From a virus, in the IMG/VR virus record IMGVR_UViG_3300021364_000009, positions 32,572-96,571 of that record: 64,000 nucleotides of DNA; one strand, written 5' to 3'. Below, piece after piece: positions 17,657-28,200 of the stretch (the stretch's first letter is position 1; each line of letters opens with the position of its first letter). The notes beneath the pieces were generated by a model that worked only from the letters and a program-made list of their open reading frames with translations, searched no databases and had not been told where the DNA came from. Made by a program: the position numbers and the translations under genes.

Positions 17657-18889
17657 ATGGCTACTATTTCTAAACTAATACTCACGCACACAGGTCTTGG
17701 TCCACTTGACCCAAGAACTCAGACTAACCTTCAAGCAACAGATGGCTTTTCGGTCTATTTCACAGACGTTGTGGGCGATCTTGATAACTCTCAGAACACT
17801 CGCTCTCAAGCACAACCCACACAGCTTACTTATAGAGTAGGTGGGGATAATACAGTCACTCTTGAGATGACTGATCTTGTAGAGAAATCTTACAACACAG
17901 GAGCTATTTCTAAGCTCATCGCAAGTGGACACCTAACGGCTACTCTTGAGGGTGCTGTAAACTCGGTTGATGGTGAGTCTTTATTTGCCGTTGACCCTAG
18001 TGGTCGAGGACTAGATGACGCTGACCCTAACGATCAAGGAATAAGAATTAAGGGTAAAGAGGGTAATGGCTATGTTGATCTGTTCTATGACAACGGAAAT
18101 AACGCATTAAGAGTTATCAGCCACCCTCCGACCAATCTTGTAAATGACGCTGATGACGCTGATATGTACTTTATGACATCAGCAGGGTATGAAGTTGGAA
18201 ATGACAGAACAGGAGGTGGTGAGTTCATTGTCAATACTGGTAAGGGATTTGACTCCAATGTCGTAGATGAAGATGGGCTTAGTGGTGGAAACATTACTTT
18301 CTACACAGGTGATGGTGGTTTGTTTGGTGGAGGTGGGGGTGACTTCACAGTAGAGTTGGGTAGGGGGCACAAATCTAGTGGGGGTCGAATAGAGCTTAGG
18401 GCAGGGGACTCGGCTCTCGACTCAGATGGAGGCAACATCTTCTTAAATGCAGGTCGAGGTGATGGTAATGGCAACAGAGGTGGGGACATAGAGCTTGTCG
18501 TTGGGACAGGTGCTAATGGTGCAACAGCAGGTGATCTTATCATTGATCACTTAGGGAATGGTGTTCTTCACATGGACGGTGGTGTTGTTAAGAGTACAGG
18601 CTCTGACTTTGCCCCTAACTTCTATCAAGGCAAAGAAATCTTTAATGCCCCTGGAGGACAGACTACAAGTATCACAGTAACAGTTCCCGTTGCAGGTCTT
18701 GTTAATGGTGGTAGCTCAATCGTTGTAAGTCTTATGTTCGTAGGTGGTGTTGGTGGTCAGTTTACTGTTGCACAGACACCTTGGGTTTCAGAGATTGACG
18801 GTGCAAACAATCAATTCACAGTCTCACTCGACATCACAAATAATGGAAATGCTACCGACATTGCTATTGCATACAGTATCAAGGGATAA
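17657..18889 (+). CDS. glycine-rich fibre/decoration-like structural protein
   Basis: Repeats GGxIx(F/L)xxGxG typical of beta-helical fibres; AGGAG SD. Confidence 0.6.
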   Translation: MATISKLILTHTGLGPLDPRTQTNLQATDGFSVYFTDVVGDLDNSQNTRSQAQPTQLTYRVGGDNTVTLEMTDLVEKSYNTGAISKLIASGHLTATLEGAVNSVDGESLFAVDPSGRGLDDADPNDQGIRIKGKEGNGYVDLFYDNGNNALRVISHPPTNLVNDADDADMYFMTSAGYEVGNDRTGGGEFIVNTGKGFDSNVVDEDGLSGGNITFYTGDGGLFGGGGGDFTVELGRGHKSSGGRIELRAGDSALDSDGGNIFLNAGRGDGNGNRGGDIELVVGTGANGATAGDLIIDHLGNGVLHMDGGVVKSTGSDFAPNFYQGKEIFNAPGGQTTSITVTVPVAGLVNGGSSIVVSLMFVGGVGGQFTVAQTPWVSEIDGANNQFTVSLDITNNGNATDIAIAYSIKG

Positions 18890-18895
18890 TGAAAC

Positions 18896-19267
18896 ATGAG
18901 TCTTAATTTATACCATTACAAAGCAGAGGTCATTTCTGTATATGACGGAGACACCATTACAGTTATGATCGACCAAGGCATGAAGCACTTTGCTCGTGTC
19001 AAGGTTCGCATGATTGGTATCAACACACCAGAGCTACGAACCAAAGACTTAGAAGAAAAAGCTAGGGGTTATGAAGCTAAGAATTACCTCAAATCTCGTA
19101 TCGAGGGTAAGACCGTTGTCATCAACACAGTTAAGAAGGGCAAGTTTGGTCGCTGGTTAGGTGTCATCTGGCTCTATGAGGAGGGCATGGAAGAACTAGG
19201 TGAGTCTCTCAATGATGAGATGATCCGAATGGGTCATGCAGTAGCTTACGATGGTGGTAAGAGATAA
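18896..19267 (+). CDS. thermonuclease (SNase-like)
   Basis: VYDGDTI, VRMIGINTPE, KGKFGRWLG, LNDEMIRMGHA. Confidence 0.92.
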   Translation: MSLNLYHYKAEVISVYDGDTITVMIDQGMKHFARVKVRMIGINTPELRTKDLEEKARGYEAKNYLKSRIEGKTVVINTVKKGKFGRWLGVIWLYEEGMEELGESLNDEMIRMGHAVAYDGGKR

Positions 19268-19272
19268 ACCTC

Positions 19273-20133
19273 TTACATAGAGAGGTTTTCTCTCAAAGCC
19301 TTTTTCATCTGTGCCTTGTGCTTACGGAGGTCTTTGAGAGGGATACCGAACAAATCTGCCCACTCGGAGTCTGAGTGTTTCTTAATGTTACACACCTTGT
19401 CTTGAATGAAGGCGTCTAACAGCTCTGACCAAATGGCGTATTTCTCGTCATCCCCCAAACAGGACTTCTTTACAATGTCCTCCATAGACTCAATGAGAGT
19501 CTTTAAATTTAACTCTTCTTCTGCTGTGGTCTGACAAGGATCATACAGCTCCTTCTCGAACACTCCTTCTTCTACTTCAACAGAAGCATAAGAATGTGGT
19601 GTGGGGGTTTGGTAGCTGTCTTCTCCTTTTTTAATGTCTCGTAGGGTCTTATTTCTCTTGTCAGTCCTACAGTCTGCGAGCTTTCCTAGTTTCTGACGCT
19701 GTTGAGTCATCCATTGGCTGAACATGGTGTGCTTGACGTAGTTGAACCTTCGCTCTTCACAGTACCCTCCTAGCTTATTCTTATAGGCGAGTTCTGTTAG
19801 GAAGCTGTGAGCGAGATCGAGAGCTTCTTCTTTGATCTGATATTTTGGCTTGTAGTCTAAACCGCTCACATATTTTTTACGGATGGCTTGACGTTGGAGT
19901 TTCTTTGCCCATGCGTAAAAAATGCGACAGTCGTCTTTGAACAAGAAGAGTCGTGTTTCATCCGATGATGGGGGGTGCTGTTCCTCTAATTCTTTGAAGA
20001 GCAGATCAAAGTCTTCTTCAGAAATAGAATCTGGATAGATACAATCCAAGTTGTCGAGTAGTTGGTCTAGTCCTTCAGTGCTTGAGGTGGGTTGAGATGG
20101 TGTGAGTATGTCACAAATCACATTGTCTTTCAT
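19273..20133 (-). CDS. hypothetical protein, divergent sigma-factor-like
   Basis: AGGAG SD before ATG 20133; EEALDLAHSFL resembles sigma region 2, and the C-terminal SEWADLFGIPLKDLRKHKAQMKKALR resembles the region 4 HTH. Confidence 0.45.
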   Translation of the reverse strand: MKDNVICDILTPSQPTSSTEGLDQLLDNLDCIYPDSISEEDFDLLFKELEEQHPPSSDETRLFLFKDDCRIFYAWAKKLQRQAIRKKYVSGLDYKPKYQIKEEALDLAHSFLTELAYKNKLGGYCEERRFNYVKHTMFSQWMTQQRQKLGKLADCRTDKRNKTLRDIKKGEDSYQTPTPHSYASVEVEEGVFEKELYDPCQTTAEEELNLKTLIESMEDIVKKSCLGDDEKYAIWSELLDAFIQDKVCNIKKHSDSEWADLFGIPLKDLRKHKAQMKKALRENLSM

Positions 20134-20331
20134 GAAGACTCCTGTTGTTGTTACGCCCGAAATCGGGGTTTGAAGTTGAGAAGCTCTGTGTGACAGTATC
20201 GGTCTTCGAGAGCTGTGGTTACTTTTCTCACAAACACCCACCCTGTGCAAGTACTTTTTTTATTTTTTTATCTTTTATGCTGTGGGTATTCTAGTGAGGC
20301 AGACACTAACGAACATATTGGAGAAAAAAAC

Positions 20332-23300
20332 ATGAACACTGAGGCTATTTTACAACTTTGCGTGGATAGAGCTACGAATCTCTATCTCTTGCACATCATG
20401 GGCATCCGTCTTGAGGCTATTCAAGGAGCAAATAGACAGAGAATTGTGGAAACAGAAAGCTCTAAGCTCTTTGCCAAGCTTTGTGCAAGCATACACCACC
20501 AAGGTGAAGAAGGTTTTGTGTTAATGGACGATCTTTTCAGATTGTGTGTTTGTCCTACTTTCAACACTTATGAAGATGTCAAAGAATACAACGCACTAGC
20601 GTCTGACAAAGAAAAGAAAGAGCTTATTTCTTCACGAAATATTTTAGTGCGTAGAAATAAGCAGGTTAAGTTCCTAGAGCAGTTGCACCGTACTGTTCGA
20701 GGTTACTTTAATTCTTACTTCAATAAGGCGATTGGGACTTTAATAAAGCAAGACATCACTCAAATCCAAGGTGTCCCCTCAGACGAGTATTTCGTAGGTA
20801 AGATTTTAGAGTTGGTTTCTGTCGGCAAGAGAGATGAGATTTTAGAGATTAGTTATGCACAAGAGTTTCTCCGAGAGCTTCCTGAGCTTCAGGGTGCATT
20901 AAAAGCAGACCTTCTTAAGAAATTACGTTTTAAAGGTAGGTCTACGCTCTACGCAAAAACATATGTCTTCTACAACAATAGAAGAATGAGAGGGACTCAA
21001 TTCCAAGGCATCAAAGGTCTTAGAATGAGAATCCTCAAAGATGCCAAATACTTTAATAATCAGATTAAGATGTATGCACAGGCAGAGCTTTCTAAGTATG
21101 TAGATCGTAGCTTCATCGGTGAGAACATGGAGCGAGAGATCACGGATGCTAACGAAGACCAACAGCTTTATAAGAGCGTGTTGAAGAAAACAGACGGCAT
21201 TTTTGACTTGATTGAAGGCAGAGAAGAGTCTGTAGAGAGATACAAAGAGGTCAAGAGAAATAAAGCTGATCTTGCGAGGACAGACATCACTAGAGAGACT
21301 ACGCTTGAAGAGCGTAAAGAAATACTAGACGCTCGCTCAGACTTTATAGAAGCCGTTGTTTCTGCGGTAAAGCATAAAGACGTTGCGAAAACTGACTTGC
21401 AGTTTATTTCAAGACAGCTTTTGAGAGATACTGCTTCTTCTTTGGGTGGGATCACAGATAATGATCGAAGAGCATTTCAAGAGTATGTAGGTTTCCTCCA
21501 AGACAAAGACACCATGATGGACGTTGTTGGAGACGCAGATGAACTAGAAGAACTACAGGGCATCTTGGAGAACATCTTAGTTCAAAATCCAGACTCTACT
21601 CAGATTATTTCTGACTTCATCGGTGCTATTTCTAAAGTCAATAAAGCTACAAAGAAAGCGATGGCTGAGGTTGGGGAGCATCTTGAGATCATTAATAAGG
21701 TGATCGAGCAATCTTCGGATCAGTTTAGTCCTTCAGAGTTTGATAGCGTTAGAGAACTCTTGTATCAGAGAAGACTGAACAAAGGTGATCTTTCTACTCC
21801 AGAAATACTCGATTTGTCTGATTCTGATCGTAGGGCTTATCTTTCAGGTTTAGCGACAGGCTATGCCAACGATTTCGTTAAGAATGAGGAAGATGTAGAG
21901 CGGTTTGTTATGGGTCGTCTCGGTAACGTAGAGAAGTTAGACGAGTGGAGGAGGCTCTATAAGTCTTCAGACCCTTCGGAGAAAGCGAAAGCAGAAGAAA
22001 TGCTTTCAGATTTTAGGGGGAGACTAGAGGCTGATCTTCGACCTCAAAGAAGAAGAGGGAGACAGAACAAGTCACGCCAAGATGTTCGTCTCAGTGCCTC
22101 ACAGACTCTTCTTGCACCTACAAACTCTTGGGTTTCTTCAAGAGAGAAGGACAAGAGCAGTAAATTCCCATACGCTGAAGCGACTGTTCCTCCACTCGAT
22201 GTACTCAAAGATGCAATTTCAGAGGTTCGTACTGATTTGTCATCAAGAGAAGTTACAAAGTTAGCGAAGGAAGCCCTCAGTGAGAACGAGAGCGTGTTTT
22301 TGATTGGTGGTCTTATTTCTGACTCTGACGGTAAGAAAAAGATTAAGACCGCTCTCGACAGCATGAAGATCATAGATCGTGACTCTTGGTTTAAAAAGAG
22401 AGACGCACTCTTAAAGAAGATCAAGATGGACGCAGTGAAAGAAATGGCGTTGTTGCGTTCTATAGAGGAGTTGTTGAATACAGACGCTGAGAATATCTTA
22501 ACTACAGAAGGCGTGGCAACAGAGCAAGACTTCTCAGACATGAGAGTCCTTACTGTTGAGAGAAATATTGATGCTTACACAGGAAGCGTACCTAAGAGTG
22601 AGCTAGTGAAAGCAAAAGAAGAAGCGTTCCGCCAACGTGCGGTTGCGTATTCAGCTTCGGACTTTGACCGTGATCTTTTTGAGTACGACAATGATCCTAA
22701 GAACAACTACGAGTCTGCCAAGAAAGCTTGGAAAGACGAAGTTGAAGATAAGCTCAAAGACGCACTTAAAATCTTGAAGGCGATGGGCGTTCAAGTTGAC
22801 GGTGACGAGCTTGAGTTGATGGTAGACAACAAAGAAGTTCCACCTCAATCTGAAACTAGCTTAGACGATCAGAAATATGCGGTAGCTCAAAGAAAGCTGT
22901 CTGCAATTTATGTCGCTTTGCAGAACTTAGATATAGACAGCGGAACTGACCGACTCGTACAAGAGTACAAGAGTGCCGCTAGTGCTAGAAGGACATTTGT
23001 AGATGGTCTTAAAGCTAAGTACAAAGAGAGCAGTGCGGCAGAAGAAATAGAGCAAGAGCTTTCAGATAAAGAGATGGAGACTCGAAATGAGCTTTCTCAG
23101 GGAATACAGCAAGCTCTTGAGAATCTACTAGAGAGCCGAGACAAGAACGAGTTTACGGGTGCTCGAAAGCGTAAGATGCAAAGAGCACAGGCAATTCGTA
23201 GTAAAATATATGAAGACCTCAACGCAAAAGTCACCGAAGCGGAGCGTAACCTTGGCTTTAAGAATGTCAACGATGTTCTCAGAAGTGCTAAGGTTATGGA

Positions 23301-24180
23301 CATGTCTCTAGCTTCTTTGAACAGTTTGCTTGATCTTTCAGAGTGTCTGCCTACAGCACCAGACCCTAAAGCGAATAAGATACTGATGAAGATGTATTTT
23401 AAAGCAGTAGATCAGGGTCTAAGCATTTTTGCAGACTTTAGCACAGGCGTCTATCAGTCAAGTGACTTGAAGTTCCCCAATGATTTCTTAAACGCTCAAA
23501 TTGGTCTTGATCTTATCAAGAGCTTCAGAAGAGGTTTACGTTCTAAGTATAGTCCTAGAATGGCAGACCATATGGATTTCTTTGGTATAGATAACAAAGA
23601 CAATACTATGGTTATGCCCGACAATACTTTCGGTGTCGATGCACTCGACAATGTGCTTCGAGTGAATAAGAGTATTGATGGGAGCATTGGTTCTATTCCA
23701 GAGTCTTTCTTTACAGGTGCTTATGCTCCTATTTTGGAGATCGTTCAGTTCTCACAAGATCGAGTCAATGTCGCAATAAAAGGTGACAAAATGACTTACA
23801 CTAATGAGGACGGGGTAAAGCTAACCCACTCTATTTCTCAAATTCAGAACGACATGAAGGCTCTTATGGTAGAGCGACTTGCTTCAGACTTTGGTATTTC
23901 TTCGGCAGACGCCACTACGATTATTGATGGTTTCCAAAACGTGATCGAGAAAGAAGACCAAGGGATCAGAATTGCACGATCTCGTCTTATGCTAGAGTGG
24001 TTTAGATCAGCAGTCATGGACTTGGCTTATCTTTCCTCTGTTTGGGCTTTAGAGTCTATTACAGGCGATCTTGCAGACCCTGATATTTCTGATGAGTGCC
24101 TTGACTTCATGGATAGTCTTGCCACAGATGCAGATAAGCGAAAGACGGCAAAGAAAGTACAAAAAGCTCTCGGGAACTGA
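20332..24180 (+). CDS. large charged alpha-helical hypothetical protein
   Basis: GGAG SD before ATG 20332 (in frame with ORF 20215); D/E/K/R-rich, coiled-coil-like. Confidence 0.75.
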   Translation: MNTEAILQLCVDRATNLYLLHIMGIRLEAIQGANRQRIVETESSKLFAKLCASIHHQGEEGFVLMDDLFRLCVCPTFNTYEDVKEYNALASDKEKKELISSRNILVRRNKQVKFLEQLHRTVRGYFNSYFNKAIGTLIKQDITQIQGVPSDEYFVGKILELVSVGKRDEILEISYAQEFLRELPELQGALKADLLKKLRFKGRSTLYAKTYVFYNNRRMRGTQFQGIKGLRMRILKDAKYFNNQIKMYAQAELSKYVDRSFIGENMEREITDANEDQQLYKSVLKKTDGIFDLIEGREESVERYKEVKRNKADLARTDITRETTLEERKEILDARSDFIEAVVSAVKHKDVAKTDLQFISRQLLRDTASSLGGITDNDRRAFQEYVGFLQDKDTMMDVVGDADELEELQGILENILVQNPDSTQIISDFIGAISKVNKATKKAMAEVGEHLEIINKVIEQSSDQFSPSEFDSVRELLYQRRLNKGDLSTPEILDLSDSDRRAYLSGLATGYANDFVKNEEDVERFVMGRLGNVEKLDEWRRLYKSSDPSEKAKAEEMLSDFRGRLEADLRPQRRRGRQNKSRQDVRLSASQTLLAPTNSWVSSREKDKSSKFPYAEATVPPLDVLKDAISEVRTDLSSREVTKLAKEALSENESVFLIGGLISDSDGKKKIKTALDSMKIIDRDSWFKKRDALLKKIKMDAVKEMALLRSIEELLNTDAENILTTEGVATEQDFSDMRVLTVERNIDAYTGSVPKSELVKAKEEAFRQRAVAYSASDFDRDLFEYDNDPKNNYESAKKAWKDEVEDKLKDALKILKAMGVQVDGDELELMVDNKEVPPQSETSLDDQKYAVAQRKLSAIYVALQNLDIDSGTDRLVQEYKSAASARRTFVDGLKAKYKESSAAEEIEQELSDKEMETRNELSQGIQQALENLLESRDKNEFTGARKRKMQRAQAIRSKIYEDLNAKVTEAERNLGFKNVNDVLRSAKVMDMSLASLNSLLDLSECLPTAPDPKANKILMKMYFKAVDQGLSIFADFSTGVYQSSDLKFPNDFLNAQIGLDLIKSFRRGLRSKYSPRMADHMDFFGIDNKDNTMVMPDNTFGVDALDNVLRVNKSIDGSIGSIPESFFTGAYAPILEIVQFSQDRVNVAIKGDKMTYTNEDGVKLTHSISQIQNDMKALMVERLASDFGISSADATTIIDGFQNVIEKEDQGIRIARSRLMLEWFRSAVMDLAYLSSVWALESITGDLADPDISDECLDFMDSLATDADKRKTAKKVQKALGN

Positions 24181-24187
24181 GTTTTTA

Positions 24188-24200
24188 ATACTTAGTTTAT
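24188..24200 (+). promoter_or_regulatory. putative late promoter motif
   Basis: ATACTTAGTTTAT overlapping the 5' arm of the RBS hairpin. Confidence 0.55.
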
Positions 24201-24251
24201 TCTCCTAGAATGTTGTGAGAGAAGATTTAACAACATTCTAGGAGAGTAAAC
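24195..24251 (+). promoter_or_regulatory. 22-bp stem hairpin occluding the SD of the first baseplate gene
   Basis: gtttattctcctagaatgttgt (24195..24216) pairs with acaacattctaggagagtaaac (24230..24251), one G-U. Confidence 0.85.
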
Positions 24252-25295
24252 ATGAGCGAAGATGCTTTGTTAGCACACGCTTGTCCTCACCATATAAGGT
24301 ATGAGAGGGCAACGATTATGGGGGGTAGAGAAATAACCACCCAATCTCCTATTTCTTCCACTAATCTTCTCGTTTTAAGATTTAATGGGGAAGAAATACC
24401 CAAAGAAGGTTTAGTGCTGGCATCTGAGACTGTGTTCCCTTCTTCAGCTCCTTATCGTTTTACCTCAAGCACAAATACGCTCTTAGTCTTATCTGACGGC
24501 AAAGAAAGAAACATACAGTTCCCAACAAACCTCCTATTTACTCAGAAAGAGATAGTTTCCTTCTTAAATAAAGAGCTTCCCTTTCCCGTGTATGCCGAAC
24601 CTTACGAGTCTTCTGTAAAACTGACTAACCAAAAGAATAGTGAGAGCTTGTCTCTTAAAGGTACAGCTTTGGCAAAACTAGGGTATGCTTCTACTAAGGT
24701 TTTCGTAAGAAATAAGAAAAAGATTGGGGAGTGGGGTTTACAGAAGCGTTTTGGAGGTGGATATAAGATATTCTTCAAGAAAGAAGAACATTTTGACGGG
24801 ATTGTGGATATTTCTTACCTCACAGAAAAGAATTTTTGCAGAAGGTGTGCAACTACAGGAGTTGAGAACGACTTCAGATTTGATGAGAGAGGCGGGATAA
24901 AGACGATTTCAGACCATAACCTGCTTTATCAGTCTCTTTCTAAAGTTCTTCTTACAGAGATTACCTCAAACCCATACCATAATTGGTATGGCTCTAACGC
25001 TATGACTTTAATTGGTCGTAAAGTTAGTGCTTCTGTAGTTCAGTCCCTTCGTGCGTCTGTTCGTGATGCTCTTACTACTTTTAAGAATGTCCAAGATCAG
25101 CAAGCCTCTATCCAAGATATGTCTTTGAAAGAAAGATTGCGTAGGGTGGTAAGTATAGATGTTTCTACTATTGGAGAAGATGAAACCTCTTATTTGGTTT
25201 CTATTGTGGCAGAGAGTATGTCTAGTGAACAAGTAAGCATCAACCTTGTATTTGCTGTTCCTGGTTCGTTTTCATTAGATGGAGATTTGACATGA
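24252..25295 (+). CDS. baseplate wedge protein with C-terminal gp25/GPW-like domain
   Basis: DFRFD...LYQSLSKVLLTEITSNPYHNWYGS pattern of gp25-like proteins; precedes the J-like gene. Confidence 0.7.
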   Translation: MSEDALLAHACPHHIRYERATIMGGREITTQSPISSTNLLVLRFNGEEIPKEGLVLASETVFPSSAPYRFTSSTNTLLVLSDGKERNIQFPTNLLFTQKEIVSFLNKELPFPVYAEPYESSVKLTNQKNSESLSLKGTALAKLGYASTKVFVRNKKKIGEWGLQKRFGGGYKIFFKKEEHFDGIVDISYLTEKNFCRRCATTGVENDFRFDERGGIKTISDHNLLYQSLSKVLLTEITSNPYHNWYGSNAMTLIGRKVSASVVQSLRASVRDALTTFKNVQDQQASIQDMSLKERLRRVVSIDVSTIGEDETSYLVSIVAESMSSEQVSINLVFAVPGSFSLDGDLT

Positions 25296-28200
25296 TTAAG
25301 ATTATTAAGCCCGATGGGAATACCGTAGAAACACCTGTCCACTATAGTACAAGCCTACAAACAGTTTATATACGAGGTCTAGTGCCAGTAGAAGTTAATC
25401 GCATAGAAATAGAATATGCGAATACGAGGTTTTCTCCCGAAGACGTATATGTAAACAACGGACAATTTACTTTCCCTAATCCAAATGTATTCTCAGAAGG
25501 TATTGATCTTTCTACAGGTCAAAATAACTTTAAGATTAATGCTTTCAATAATAACATTTCGTATGGGATGTTAGAGCTGAATGTCATTTTCTCTTCTGAC
25601 GTAGTAGGCTTGGCAACTCCTCCAAGTGGGTTGAAAGTCAACCGCTCTAATAACTTCGTAGAAATATCTTTCGACCATATAGACGAGAGTGTTTCTTACT
25701 ATAATATCTATGCGAGTAGTGTTTCAGGTGGTGTTCTTAGTAACTATTTTAAAATAAACTTCGAGCCACTTAGTCCTAGCAAATATGGGAAGAGAGAAGA
25801 AATCTCTAGTCCGATCAAAGAAATCTCTTCAGACATGAGTGTTGAGCCTGTAGACCCTCTTTTCTTAGAATTGTCCGTACAACAAAAAGACGTTTCTGAC
25901 GTAACTCTCTCTAACAATGTTCTTGATGCGTTTGAAGTGCCTGAGACTGTGAGTCGAGTTCGTATTTCGTCTTCTTTTCAGAGTGTCGCTTTAAAGACCC
26001 GTGTTTCTTTTAATCACTTTAGAAATGCAGAGCCAACCTCTATCCCCCCTACCATACCTGTGGGTGTTCTTAGCTCTACTCCTTTAGATAAGCCTCTCTA
26101 CTATGTGGCGACTTCCGTTAAGGTTATCGGAGGTGTAGAAGTAGAGAGTGCTATTTCTAGTGAAGTTTCGGGGATGCCAATACAAGTGACAAACACCACA
26201 CTCTCCCTACCTGTTGTAGGGAGAGATCAAATGGCTACGGATATGATTCAGAGTATATTTCTAGCCCAACCTAACATTGCGGTGCAAGCAGGTTCGGTGG
26301 TCAGAGATGTGATCATAGACCCCTTCTTGTCAGAAATGGAGCGAGTTCGTTTCCTTTTAGATTTCTGTTATCGTTCTTCTTCTTTTTCGGGGTTGCTCAG
26401 TATTGACGACCCTCTAAATGAAGGGGCTTCTATTCCGGTAGAGGATAGTCAATATAAAACTGTCTTAACCCAAGCTCTTTTTACAACGGAAGACCAAGTT
26501 CAGTATTTCATAGACTCGGCATTTGAAAAACTTGCCTCTAATTTTGGAGTGAGCAGAAGTATAGGAAAACAAGCTTCTGGTGAAGTTGAGTTCTTTACTA
26601 CCACAACACCTACTTCTTCTATTTCTATACCGACAGGCACTGTGGTTTCTTCTTCCACTTCGGATTTCATCACCACCCTCTCTGTTGTGATGAACGTAGA
26701 TCAGCTAAGTCAGTATTACAACCCTACCACTAAGAAATACTCGATCACGGTTCCAGTCCAAGCTTTAGAAGCAGGTCTAAATGGTAATTTGACCTCTGAC
26801 CAAATAAATCAAGGAGCACCTTTTGGGCTGAAAGTGACGAACTCAGCCCCTACTTTTGGAGGGACAGAGACTGAGACCAACTCAGAGTTAGCTTCAAGAG
26901 CTTTAGCTACTTTATCCTCAGTCGATGTAGGTACGAAGGCCGGCTTAGAGCGTGTTTCAAGAAGTATTGCAGGAGTAGTTAACAGCTTTGTAGTGGACAG
27001 CGAAAGTCCTTTCATGCAAAGAGATGAGGGTCTTGGTGGGAAGGTAGACGTGTGGGTAAGAGGCGAGAGTTTAGCTACTGTTTCAGATATTTATGCTCCG
27101 AGCTACCAATCTCATTTTGAGAGCAGATTCATTCCTATTTCTACAGGCTATGTTTTCAGAAATATGGAAGCTACTGTAGAGTCTCCTATTTCTCAGATGA
27201 TAGACCGAGGAAATCTAGGCTTTGGGTTGAGAAACCTAAGTACCTCTACAGTATTTGATCTTACAAACGTGACGGTTTTAGACTACAGGACGATACAGCT
27301 CGACAACACCATCCCCCAACCAACCTACAATGTGGCAGACAACATTGTGGGAGATTGGAGATCGAACGTCTCAAGTAAAATCGTTTTAAAGAGACAACCG
27401 GTAAGAGAAATTAAAGCGATAAGCTACGCTGAAGGTACAGAAATCTCAGATTTTGTTTTTGTAGACAAAGAGGACGCTCTTAGATTGGGACGTTCTTCAA
27501 AGTCTTCTGACCATGTTTTGATCACGAATGACACCACAAGAAATAAGATTATTTCCATTACGGGAGAGGCACATACTGTAGTTGGGTTCTACCCTGAAAG
27601 GCTTGGAAATCTTGGAGTCGATCAGCTTTCTATAGTTGTGTCGGATGTTGCAGGGACGACAATATACAAAAGCCCGTTTTTGAACGACTCTCCTGACTAT
27701 ACTATTTCAAGAGACTCTAATGACATTACTTACATACAGAGAACTTCAGACAGTGCCATAAAAGACGGAGACGTGGTTCATGTTTCTTACGAGCACTTGG
27801 AGAATATTGTTGTTAGTTACGTTACAAATCTAGTCGTATCAAACGCACAAAACAGCATCGACAATAGTAAGAATATCTTTGCCGATATTGTAGTGAAAGA
27901 AGCTATCGGTTGTTTTGTTGATATAAAAGCTACCGTAGTTTTAGATCGTGGAGTTCGGTCTACGCTTGTAGATTCAGAAATACGCTATGCTCTGACTTCC
28001 TTCATCAATGAATCTTCTCTTGGGGGTTCAATAAGACATTCAGAAGTAGTCACCGTTTTGAATAGCGTAGATGGCGTAAATCATGTGGTGTTGCCTTTAA
28101 CTCAAATGTCCTTCGCACACGACACCTATATCCTAAGAGAGGGTATTTCTCTTGGGTCTAGTGGCTTCAATCGTGTGCCTTCTCTCTCGAATTCAAGAGT

